Source: the human T2T-CHM13v2.0 reference genome, Homo sapiens. From it: 64,000 nucleotides of DNA. The translations under genes were made by a program, and so were the position numbers. Location: the NCBI RefSeq assembly GCF_009914755.1, contig NC_060926.1. The stretch is one strand, 5' to 3'. Shown piece by piece: positions 30,647-44,407 of the stretch (its first letter is position 1; each line of letters opens with the position of its first letter). The notes beneath the pieces are model-generated. The model saw nothing but the letters and a program-made list of their open reading frames with translations. It ran no database searches and was not told where the DNA came from.

Positions 30647-32967
30647 CCCCATCTCAATCTTTATACCCATAAGAGAACCTTTTCTTAGAAGCCTCTTTTC
30701 TTAGGGTTTGGAGGTTGATTTACTATTGCCAATATAGCAAATCTTTATTTTCCTTAGGTTTATTTTGATTTTTTAAAACAATAGTCTTTTTACTCAAACT
30801 TTGGCAAAGAGTTTGGGCTAGTATACCAAGTAAATAAGCTTTAATTTTCTCTTGGCCATGTATCTTCTATTAGTTTCTGCATAAGACCCTCAGTGCTTCC
30901 ATGTTTACTGCTCGCTGCACAGGCACCTCTCACTAGATGGCACTTAGGATATTTTTCAACCATCTTTCTGACCAAAATTGTATGTGTTCTATGTCTCATC
31001 CCTAAGAAAGTTGATAGTGAACTCAATTGGCTGATTACAAGTACAGTGTGAACAACTTATACCTGAACACTTTAAATATATTGCAACCTAACAAACACAT
31101 TTACATATCAACAATGACTCATTTCCTTAGTCCAAGAAAGTGAACACAGGCTTGATTCTCTCTCCCAACACCCTCCCCTCCTTTTTTCTCTCTCTTTCAT
31201 TCCTTATAATAGACAAATGTGAATTATCTTCACAACCTGTTCATTTAACTCTGTCAAGCTATTCCTCAAGGACAAACCACAAAAGGGAACCAGGGAAGGG
31301 CTGTTCAGAGCTCACTGAAAATCCAGATCAGCTACAGAGGTCCTTAGCCCATAGAAGATAGGTCTGTGGTCTCAACTTGGAATATAAATAACAGCTTCTT
31401 TACCAACCTCACCAAATCGACTTTTAATACCTTTTTTTCCCATAGGCTTCCAACCTACTCTGATTGACTTAGGCTGATCAGAAACAAAACTTTAACAGTA
31501 ACGTCTAAAATAAGTGAACTTTGTTTTATAAGTCTTCCTTCTTGCCAAAGCTGATGACTAAATAAGTTCAAAGACATTTAAATTAATGTCAGTTATACCC
31601 ACAGTCACTGGAGGAGAGGTAATAGGAATTCAAGCTTCCAGTAAAGAAAAAGAGGAAATGAGAAAGAAAAAGAGGTGTCTTTCAACTCTAGTTGTGATAT
31701 AGTCTGCTGAATTATTGACCTTTCCTTTCAAAGATAAGAAAATGTGTATGTGGTTTTTTTTTTTTTTAATTTAGACTTCCTACGTGTAACTAAAATCTCT
31801 AAAACAAGGTGGCTTATTTTACATATCTGAAGAAAGTGAGGCATGCAATTTTCCCTTCCTCATAGTCCGACCTAAGAGTGTGTGGCAAACTTTGTAGAAT
31901 TCTAAGTTTCCTTCAAGAACTTTTCATCTTATTTCCATCCACAAATTAAAAGGGATGGAATTACTCAATGTAGCCATAGCTAGGAATACAGTTTAGTGAA
32001 GAACAGGAAGGGAGAGAGACAGAAGGACTCCTACAGTTTTTCTTTACAATCTAAATATGTTAAATGCATGATGGAAGCAATGGAGCCAGGTCAAAATGGC
32101 ACTTGCTGTGTTGTGAAAAATCCTGACTATGAGAATCTTCTGTAGTAGAAAGGCAGGTCATTCTATCACACCAACTGGAAGGCCAGTCTGGGGCGTGCTT
32201 GCTGGATGTGTGGAGATCAATTACCCACAAGTCCCTGTGGAGTCTCTTCCATAAGAAACTGGGGAAGCCCAGGCCATCAGTATTCTGCACACACACTAAC
32301 AGCTTGTGCTTGCAGAGGCAATCATTTTTCAGCTCTTTTCAGATTCTCTTTCTTGGTTATTTTTCCATCTTGGCTAAAAGGGTTTCTCTTTTGTACCAAG
32401 CAGGGGCACCAATCTAACAGAATTTATTAGAAACTGCTCGATTGGGATTTTGCTGGAGTTCTACTGAGGTTGAAAATCTCAAACAATATGTGATGAAAAT
32501 TTTAGGCTGTTTTGGGTGACTTCAATCCCAAGGTCTTTCTTGGCTGATTTGAGTTCCTTCTTTCAGAGATTTAGGCAATGTTAGTTTCAGATGGGAGGTC
32601 TGGTAGATCCTAAAAATGAGGTAGCTCTATGTCAGCCATTCAGTGGAGAAAGAGCCCATGCTACTCTGTATGACAAAATACTATGCCTTTATTTGCATAC
32701 AGGTGTGAATGAATTATTTAAAGAGAAAAATGTGCGAGTGGGTACTGCGTAAGTGCCACTCACAGTCGTTGCACTGTGCTTTTCAGTAAGTGTGAACATT
32801 TTCCTTCGCATGTCTTTTTAAGAGAAAGAGAAAATGATGATGGGAAGGATTTTGGGTAAGACAAGATTACTTTTCTACTATTCTTATCAAAATTTACTAT
32901 TTTGTCTTCCTTTGTGTAGTACCTGTGTAATATTTGCTCCACAATTGTAAGCTCCTTGAAGACATGA

Positions 32968-33276
<309 letters not shown>

Positions 33277-34104
33277 CTCTCTTCACTATTATATTGCCAA
33301 TATTTATGATAGCTTTTGGTTTACTGCAAGAAACAATGAGTAAGTAGTTTGTCTCTTTAAACCAATGCTTTCCATTCTTCTCCAGGTGAGAGGTTGGTAT
33401 AGATTTTTATGAGGCTTTATCATAACTAAACCCAGTGGTGGACTGAATAAGATCAGCTGGTAAATATAGTCTTTGATCCATTGGAAAATCCAGCAATATC
33501 TAACTTAAACAACAAATGAGCGAAATTCTAACATTTCTAGTATATTTGATCTATTGGTTTGTAAACCATCTTGAAGCCATGATATAGAAACACTAACTCT
33601 GTATTTTTATAAAAATAAAACATAAGGGTATGCATTTATTCATTCAAGAAACATTTCTTGAGTCCCTAATTGCACTAGGAACTGTTCTTGATTCATGATA
33701 GAATGTGACAGACAGGTTGTTCATGGAGATTTTGCTCGAGTAATGCATATATGGTTGGAACTGGTGGGCACGGAGTCCAAAATAGCAATTCTAGGCCAGC
33801 TTGCCCTAAACAAATGATACAGATATTATATGAGAGAGTTGCTAAAATTTGGATCATATTTAGCTCTCCTCCCACCTCTTTCAAACACTTACTAAGTTTA
33901 GGGAGAAATGTGGGAACATAGGATGAAGTGGCCACAGAGGTACCCAAGAATCAGTACAGTAACAATGTCCTTAGCAAATGGCCCTCCCGTAATTCCTAAG
34001 AAGGTAAAATATTTTAGCATTGAAATAACTTCATGACATGGCTATGCCAACTCTAAAATGGTTTCATCATGTAAACAGTCCTTCAGCGAATGACTTACAT
34101 TTTG

Positions 34105-34347
34105 AAAAACCTACAGAGCAGAGTGAAAAGCATGGGCTGAGCAGTCAGCTGATGAGGATGACTGAAGCCATGCTCCACCATTTGCTGGTTGATTCAAGAG
34201 GAAGTCACTTAACCTTTCCAAGCCTCAGCTTCACCTGCAGAATGGCAATAATAATGGCCAACTTGTAGAGTTGTTGTGAATACAAAAATAATGCAGTGCA
34301 TTTTTAGCATGATACATAACATATAATAGCAACACAGTGCTAGCTGT
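34105..34347 (+). mobile_element. MIR SINE
   Basis: aagtcacttaacctttccaagcctcagcttcacctgcagaatgg core. Confidence 0.65.
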
Positions 34348-34352
34348 AATTC

Positions 34353-35871
<1,519 letters not shown>

Positions 35872-35969
35872 TAGAGCACACATGTCATTAATGACCATTA
35901 ATTATAGCAACACCCAGAGGACAGCAGTACTGTATCATTTTGCAGGTAAGAAAACTGAGGCTTAGAGGG

Positions 35970-36293
35970 TGTTTATGAGCACAGGGGAAGATACACTTCA
36001 CCTTTCTCTTGAAGTTATTATGTTGCCATGACTTGCTTTGGCTAATGAAATGTAAATGACAGAGGAATGTGTTGCTTCTTGGTGAAAGTCTTCAAGTCAT
36101 CTTCTCTTCACTGTGCCACAATGAATTATGTTTCAGAAGGCGGATTGTCCAGGATCCTGTATCCTGAATTAAGGACAATGTAGAGTAGACGATGGGCATG
36201 CAGCATGAGTAAGAAATAGATCTTTATTATTTTAGGTCACTGCAATGTTTACAGTTGTCCATTACAGCAGGATAACATAGCTTATTCTAACTT
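35970..36293 (+). mobile_element. Old MaLR LTR (MLT1I/J-like) inserted into a MIR (MIR pieces ~35925-35969 and ~36300-36375)
   Basis: ccatgacttgctttggctaatgaaatgt...ttacagcaggataacatagcttattctaact, flanked by MIR halves. Confidence 0.7.
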
Positions 36294-36617
36294 TCCAAAG
36301 ATGAGAAACTATTAAGATCTAGCATTCAAACTCAGGTCTTATGGTATTAAGGCCAATGCTTTTGTACTACCTTACAGTACACTGCTTATTAGAAATAAAA
36401 CACCCTGTGAATGTACCTTCCACTTCGAAGAAAATGGACTTTTCTGTTGCTCTTTGACTTAAAAAAAATTAAAAATTCTCTGAGCAAAGGTCAATGGAAA
36501 GGTAGCGAAAAAGTTGGTAGAGGTGGGCAGATAATAAAACTGATCAGAAAGATCCATTAGTTTAGCAGAACCCTTTATTTCCCATAGGTTCATGACCTGA
36601 AGATTACATAGGATGGA
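36272..36617 (+). repeat. Dispersed direct duplication, copy 1 (probable donor)
   Basis: 346 bp matching 40246-40592; 7 substitutions and 1 indel by manual alignment. Confidence 0.97.
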
Positions 36618-38529
36618 GGGAGGCCCTTATCATAAGCCTGCAATTCTGTGGCTAACAAAATCCATTTTTAAATGATTTATGTGATGTTTTTCAGGACCAA
36701 AAGAGCAGTAATTCATTTCCCATGTGGTACTTGGAGCTGCTGCTTAGATGTTGAAAAATGATTAATCTTTATTTACAGCATGGCTCCCTTCATATATTAC
36801 TGGAAACAAGATTTGAGAGTGCAACACTTCTATAGCATGCAATTATTTGCTGAAGGAAGTTCCAGGCATAAAGAAAAAAAAAATCTACTAGCAGCCAAGG
36901 ATATCTGGACATGCACTGAAGTAACCACTGTGAAAACCTTCCAAGGCCAAATGCTTCCAATCTATTCAGTTTGACCCACTTAACATAAAAAAGCCACATT
37001 AATTTCCCAAGGGGAGCCACTCTTCTATCAAATCATACTAACTCCTAACTTCAACAATGGGAGAATGAAGAATTCAGAATTCTTAGGTTTTTGTTCCCCC
37101 AGAAGACTGAGTTTAAAAATTTTCTAGAAATTGGTGCACATAGCTTACTTCAACTTAAGTTGAAATATGTGTGCATTTTTAAAAATTGCTATAAGGATGC
37201 CTTTTCTGGGCCACCATATGTAGACATTCCTTTCTTTTAAAACTACAGAAGTACCATATTCTCAGGTCTCCTATTCTCCATCTTGCCAGCCTGAGCCTAA
37301 CAGGTCCAATCACATCTAAGGAACAGTTTCACCTAGGGTAAAGTTCACATTTTTATGACTAGCTATATCACTCTGAAGCCCCTAGTTTAGGGCCCACAAT
37401 AATTTGATAAGGACAGGTAAATTTCCATGTCCCTTGCATCTTGTGATCATTAAGGTTGGGGTAAAGACCTTGGATATCAAGGAGATAGAGTAGAGACTAT
37501 TCTTAGACCATTGGAATGAGCTCTGCCCATTGCTTCTGGACACTAGAATGTTAGAGGGCTGTGGAGAATGATGCGTAATGATGCCTGCTGTTTTCTCTCC
37601 TATCATTTTCTAGGACAGATTTTCCCAAGGAAACAGTTAAGAGAGCCAGACTAGTCAGTTACGCACTCCATACTGGAGACCACTCATATGCACATTGTGT
37701 ACCTCATCCTTCTCCATGGATCATTGCTCACTTTCTCTTTATTGGGCTAATGGTATTGGTTAAACTGTAGGCTGATGACTATGGACCACTATTTTCTGTA
37801 TCATTAAACATGGCCATATCCCTTCAAGTGGGTTGTGAATAAAATTGGCACTCTGCTTCCACCCCAAGTTGGATTATTTAACAGGCATGACTGGCTTATT
37901 AGGAAATAGCTTGAACTGGTATGACTGAGGATGAAACATCTTGTCAATACAGGTTATTTGTTAGGTCCCATAGAACTGGATGTACAGGTAAATGAGGGGG
38001 TGAGGGCTTTCCCTCCTGTTTGTAGTTTGTATGTGGGGTTCATCAGCAAACTTATGAAGCCCAGTTTATTAAGTTTCTTGGGCAAAAGAGTAGGCAAAGC
38101 TGTTCTAAATAGAGTAGGAATAAAAGAGGGCTGGTACCACAATAATGGTGAGGCAATTTCATTAACTAGAGTATAAACAAGAAAACAAAGTAACAAGGAG
38201 TTTGTTGATGTATTAGCAGGATCCTGGATCTTTACTTGCCTGAGTTATCTGGATGAGTCTTTTGTCTCTGGGTAACTTCAGTCATAACCCTTATCATTTA
38301 TAAGTAACACAGGGACCTGTGCTGGGAAAATATGGACCAATATCCTAGAAAGTTAGTAACATATACTTAGTGAGTAAGCTTGTAACACATACGAGTGACC
38401 AATGTTTTCATTAATATTTTCCTGTCATGCCACCATTCTGTGTACTATGCTTTTCTTCTTGAGTCCTGTAGTTGCCTCTAAGAATGACAGTCCTGGGAAA
38501 GATGCTAATTACTCAACAGAGTATTTAAT

Positions 38530-38830
38530 TGCTTGTTTGCCTCAACTCAGTTGTAAGCTTTGTGAAAGCAGGAAATATGTGTATTGACTGTCTATCCCAG
38601 CAATAATTGCCATGCCTGGTATGCAGTAACTATTTGTGGAATGAATGAATGAATGGGAAAAAATTATAGATTCTGTCATTTATTAATCCCCTACTACAGA
38701 GTATGACAGGTTGAGTGTTGTGCTACGTGTTTCACTAACCGTATTTTTGAATCCTCATAATTCTACAAGGTAGATATTATTTTCCTGATATTATAGGAGA
38801 ATAAAGAGCTTCAGTGAGTTTCAGGTGTGC
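38530..38830. mobile_element. L2 3' end (~38530-38655) followed by a MIR remnant
   Basis: tgtaagctttgtgaaagcagg...gaatgaatgaatg, then aatcctcataattctacaaggtagatattatt. Confidence 0.6.
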
Positions 38831-39234
38831 ATCGAGCACACAAGGAACTGTTTTGCAGAGAGTCCCTTCTCTGTGACAGTCAGGGCCCCTCCCACATATT
38901 TCCTTGAGTAGCTCCCTCACTGGGTATGCAGGATGACATGAGGGAGATTTGCTGACAGCCACCCTTTTCTGTTGAGCACTTATCTCTCGGACAGTGGGAT
39001 GAGAAGAAGAAGGAAAACACAATTGTTGAATTACGATGGGCATTTTACACATTTTATCACATTTAATCCTGAAAAGAAATCTCTCATGCTGACACAATTC
39101 TTTTAATAAAATGAGTAATCAAAAGTTAGGAGATATAAAGTGACTTTCTCCACAGTGAAGAGCCAGAATTCCAATTCCACTCCATTGTGTGTGTGTTTGT
39201 GTGTTTCTTTCCCCTCCAGTGTCCTTTGAGTGTA

Positions 39235-39400
39235 GTACCATTAAAAACTTAGAATGCTTGATAATGGCAGGGACCAGGTGATTCCTGGTCCCTACACCAT
39301 ACTCACTAAAGTGAAATTCCTGAAAATGGCTCTAGGAATCTCCATTTTCAACAATTCACTAAGTGGGTCTAATGCAAAGTAAAGTTTGAGAAACATTGAA
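39235..39400. mobile_element. MER5-type hAT-Charlie DNA transposon fossil
   Basis: gattcctggtccc...ctaggaatctccattttcaaca...taaagtttgagaaacattg. Confidence 0.6.
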
Positions 39401-40245
39401 CTAGGTAGAGTTGCCTCTAACATTTTTCATGCACTTGGATAATACTAGGAGCCAGAAGGTCTACAAATGGAAGAAATCACCCTGTACCAAGCACTGGTGG
39501 TGCATTTGCAGCTCAGGATATGGGGAATGCCTTGGTACCCCCCATTAATGTTAATAGGAATCATGTGGATAATTCTCTATATTCCACGCTGAAAAGTGTT
39601 CCCTTTAGGACCAGGAGAGGCTATATTTAATCAAACCATCTGAAATCCTATGTACGTGTATAAGGGCAGAAAATAGGTCACAGTTGGTAGGCTACTTTCT
39701 GGGAATTATTCCATTGTATCAGCAAACTCCAAAGTCCTCAAAGGGCTCCTGCTCTCCTGGCTCTCAGTGAGTGACAGCCCAAGAACTAAGAGAGGTCAGA
39801 GAAAGTCCAACACTTAAGGAAAAAAAGTTCCAATCACAATAAAACACATAAAACAAATTATCCCCAAAGGACAAAGTGTGGAATAAACTTGTTAAAAGCT
39901 ATTAACCTCTCAAAATAACACATTTCTACTCCAGAGTAACCTCAGTTGCAGCTTGGAGAGCAGCATGAAATTAAGGAACACAATTCAGAGAACATAAGGA
40001 CTCCAAATATGAACTCATGATGTCCAAGGGTTTTACAGGCACTCATGCTCCTATGAAAACCACGAAGATGATGGGTCTATGAGACCTGAGAGAGTCAGAT
40101 AATCTGGTGTTAAAAAGTAGTGAGTGTTCATAAGGCTTCCAGAACTCAACTCTATTATAGACTAAGAACTTTACTTCGTCAATCAATCCAGGTTTTTGTC
40201 TTTATTATAGAAATTATAGGACTGTTAGCTTATTTTAACTTTATA

Positions 40246-40592
40246 ATAACATAGCTTATTCTAACTTTCCAAAGATGAACAACTATTAAGATCTAGCATT
40301 CAAACTCAGGTCTTATGGTATTAAGGCCAATGCTTTTGTACTATCTTACAGTACACTGCTTATTAGAAATAAAACACCGTGTGAATGTACCTTCCACTTC
40401 GAAGAAAATGGATTTTTCTGTTGCTCTTTGACTTAGAAAAAAATTAAAAATTCTCTGAGCAAAGGTCAATGGAAAGGTAGCGAAAAAGTTAGTAGAGGTG
40501 GGCAGACAATAAAACTGATCAGAAAGATCCATTAGTTTAGCAGAACCCTTTATTTCCCATAGGTTCATGACCTGAAGATTACATAGGATGGA
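40246..40592 (+). repeat. Dispersed direct duplication, copy 2 (probable acceptor)
   Basis: 347 bp from ataacatagcttattc to ttacataggatgga, with partial copies of its own ends at both junctions. Confidence 0.97.
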
Positions 40593-40800
40593 ACATTACA
40601 TGATGAATCTTAAAGCAAGAAGAGGATATATTTGGGTTAATCTGGATTTGAACCTTGGTCACGTCTTGGAGGAGGAAGCCACTGATTGTAAGGGAGCATG
40701 AAGTGACCACACAGAGGTGGTCACTGTGCTCAGCAGCATTTCACCTTGTTACTCCCCACCGCTGTGTTGCCTTTCTCATGGATCACTGTGACTGTTGCTG

Positions 40801-40882
40801 TTTTTTTTTTCTATTTTATTATTATTATACTTTAAGTTTTAGGGTACACGTGCACAATGTGCAGGTTAGTTACATATGTATA
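40801..40882 (-). mobile_element. Extreme 3' fragment (~57 nt plus tail) of a young L1PA element, no TSD
   Basis: T-rich tail then tatactttaagttttagggtacacgtgcacaatgtgcaggttagttacatatgtata. Confidence 0.9.
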
Positions 40883-41305
40883 TAGCACAAAGTAAGCAGA
40901 GATATAGAAAGGTGGAGAACTAAAGTCTTCAAGGGCATATGGCATGCAGGGTGAATGGCATATTTTACACTATTTGCTTTTTGGTATGTCTGAGATCCTG
41001 ATAGCTCCTTAATTAAGATAATCAAAATCCCTAGTCTAGAGTGGGCAACTGTACAAAATTCTTACAATAAATGGTCAGTAGGTCTTCAAGCTAGCTCTCA
41101 TGTAAGCTATGCTATCCCTGAGGCATAAGGAAGGGCATAAAGCCCCAGAATGACTACCACTGTGTCTATGAGACAATTCAAAAGTCCAGTTTTTTATGCC
41201 AGGATACTTTCAATTTCTCCATCATAGGATCAGGGACCTTCCAGCCCTAGCTTCAGATCCACAGTGGTGCCAGAAGCACTACCAAGGAGGATGGTGTAGG
41301 AAGGT

Positions 41306-41803
41306 ATATTCCTTTTCTAATGCTGCTGTAACAAATTTTCACAATTGGTGCAAAACAATGCAAATTTATCATCTTCTAGTTTGTATGTCAGAAGTCTGAC
41401 ACAGGTCTTACTAGGCTAACATTGAGGTGCCAGCAGGGCTGTGTTCCTTTTCGGACAATCTAGAGGAGAATCTGTTTCCTTGCCTTTTCCACCTTCTACA
41501 GATCACCTGCATTCCCTGGCCTTTGGCCCTTTCCTCTATCTTCACAGTCAGCAACATTGCATCTCTCTGACTGTCCTTCCATAGTTGCATTTCCCTCTGA
41601 CTCTACCCAGGAAAAGCATTCTGCTTTTAAGGACCCATGTGATTAGATTGGAACCACTGAAAAATCCAGAACAATCTCCTCATCTCAAGGACTTAATCAC
41701 ACCTTAAAAGTCCCCTTCGCCAAGTCAGGTGACAGATACACAGGTTCTGGGAATTAGAACATGGACATCTTGGGTGGGAGCATTACATTATTCCACTTAC
41801 CAC
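41306..41803 (-). mobile_element. MaLR solo LTR (MLT1C/D-like)
   Basis: tgctgctgtaacaaatt...gaggagaatctgtttccttgccttttcca...acaggttctgggaattagaacatggacatct. Confidence 0.85.
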
Positions 41804-41959
41804 AGGTGGTAAGAGGTGGTGAGGAGGGAGGTTTCCAGAGACTGAAAAGATCTAAGATAAGAAGCTGGCAGCAGGAGGGAGTGAGGCTTCAGGCTAGAGC
41901 TGTCTTTCCAGGACCCTTGAGGGAGTTCCGGCTGGTTTTCCTAACGCCCTCTTTCATTT

Positions 41960-42718
41960 TATCACCTTCACTGCCACCATCGTCATCCTGGCCTATGCCC
42001 TCTCTCCTGAGGTATACCCTAATCTTCCTCACTGGTCCACTGTGGTCTCATGTACTAAACTGCTTCTCCTCAGGCTATTTTCCACACAGTAGCCAGAGTT
42101 ATCCTTAAAAACACAATCACAGTATGCCACTCCCGTATTCAAAACTCTCTAATGGCTTTCTGTCACTTAGAACAAGACCCCCAAGCCCCCCTCATATGGC
42201 TGACAGAGCGTGACATGATCTGGCTCACTACTCCTCTCTCACGTCCCCTCCCACTCCTCTCCCACCTCCCCTCCCACTCCTCTCCCAGGTGTTATCAGGC
42301 TCCAGCCACATGGCCCCCTTGCTGTTTCTCAAACTCTCCAAACCAGCTTGTGTCTCGGCTCCTGTTTCTCCCTCTGCATGGAAGGGTTGACCCCGGATCT
42401 TTGCATGGTTAATTTCTTCCCTTCTTTTCAGGCCCAGATGAAATACCACCTCCTCAGAGAATTTCTCTGACCACGCTCACTAAAATACCAACCCTTTCTT
42501 TCACTCTCTACCCCCTCACTGAACCTATTTTTCACAGTCCTTACCACGACCTGACATTACATTATACATTGATTTGTTTGCCTATTTTCCACGTTGATTA
42601 TTTGTCTCTGCCACTAGAATGCAGAAGAAAAAGTTTCTTTAGGGCAAGGAACTCCCTGGGAGCCAAGAACAGTGACTTGCACATTGGAGGTATTCAAATA
42701 ACTGTTGAATGAATAAAT
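41960..42718 (+). mobile_element. L2 (L2a-like) 3' region
   Basis: ccacacagtagccagag...cacctcctcagaga...ccactagaatg...tgttgaatgaataaat. Confidence 0.75.
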
Positions 42719-42857
42719 TCAATGTATATTTGATGAGCCCTTTTAAGTGAAAGACACCGTGATATAAACAGTGAAAAGACAGACATGGTCTACCCTTCTT
42801 TCCCCAGTGTCCCACGGATTGACTCATTTTCTTTCCGGAGTCAACTTTTACTGATGA

Positions 42858-43182
<325 letters not shown>

Positions 43183-43962
43183 AAAACTTATTTTTTAATT
43201 CCCAATTCCATCTCATGTCTCTCCTTTGTTCTTATTCATTTATTCATTAATCCATTCAACACATGCTTATTGAGAACTTAAGCTAGGTCCATAATAGATC
43301 GCAGTCCCTAAAACAAGAACATGATCAGTTTGGGAGGGTTCTTTTCCTGATGGCCATTATGTGAAGGGAGATAAGGAGGGAGAAAGGTTCTACCCACACT
43401 CCCACTACTCTCTCCCTCCTACCCTACAGACCTCCTCTTTTTTCCATCTGAATTCATTTGCAGACAAGGATGAAAGCCCCTTAGAGTAATAACAGAAGCT
43501 CCTTAGGTAAACAAAATATTTCAGTAATCTAGGAGTCCATAGGGGGCTAACACTGCAGAGCCTGTGCTCTGAGGACTGGGTCAGGTCCCTGCACCTGTGC
43601 AGAGCCTGCCTTATCTGTTGAGAAGCTCGCATGAGCTCACCACTAACCAAGTCACAACAAGCACACAGTTCGAGTTCCCAGGCAGGCTGAGCTGGCAGTG
43701 CATCAGGCAATGCCCTTTTAACATTTTTCACTTCTTGTTCACCGCTGTTCTTGCAATTCTATGTTTTACTTAAAGAAGATATGCTAAATAAATGGTTCTA
43801 AATTAGCCTGAGCTAATTTCAGCCTTGAGCTCACTCTGCTGCCACAGACTCTGGCAAGTACGATTTGGAGCACTGACACATGGCCTGTGTACATGACAAG
43901 ATGTCTTATGCAAAGTTAGTTTGGGCTATATGTAGGGACATGCACACACTCCAAATATTCTT

Positions 43963-44255
<293 letters not shown>

Positions 44256-44269
44256 CTCCAAATACTCTT

Positions 44270-44407
44270 TTTTTTTTTTGTATTTTTAGTAGAGACGGGG
44301 TTTCTTCATGTTGGTCAGGCTGGTCTCCAACTCCTGACCTTAGGTGATCCACCCGCCTCGGCTTCCCAAAGCGCTGGGATTACAGGCACTAGCCACCATG
44401 CCCAGCC
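44270..44407 (-). mobile_element. AluSp-like left monomer with its own poly(A) and TSD
   Basis: tttcttcatgttggtcaggc diagnostic. Ends at the middle A-rich linker plus poly(A). TSD ccaaatactctt at 44258-44269 and 44408-44419. Confidence 0.88.

Noticed and set aside
35935-35962. ttttgcag|gtaag as a recursive splice site
   Set aside because: It is a mutated MIR core (ttttacagatgaggaaactgagg).
36272-40592. Two direct repeats around 3.6 kb read as an LTR retrotransposon
   Set aside because: No TG...CA termini, primer-binding site, polypurine tract, TSD or gag/pol ORF; the interior holds old MIR, L2 and MER5 fossils.
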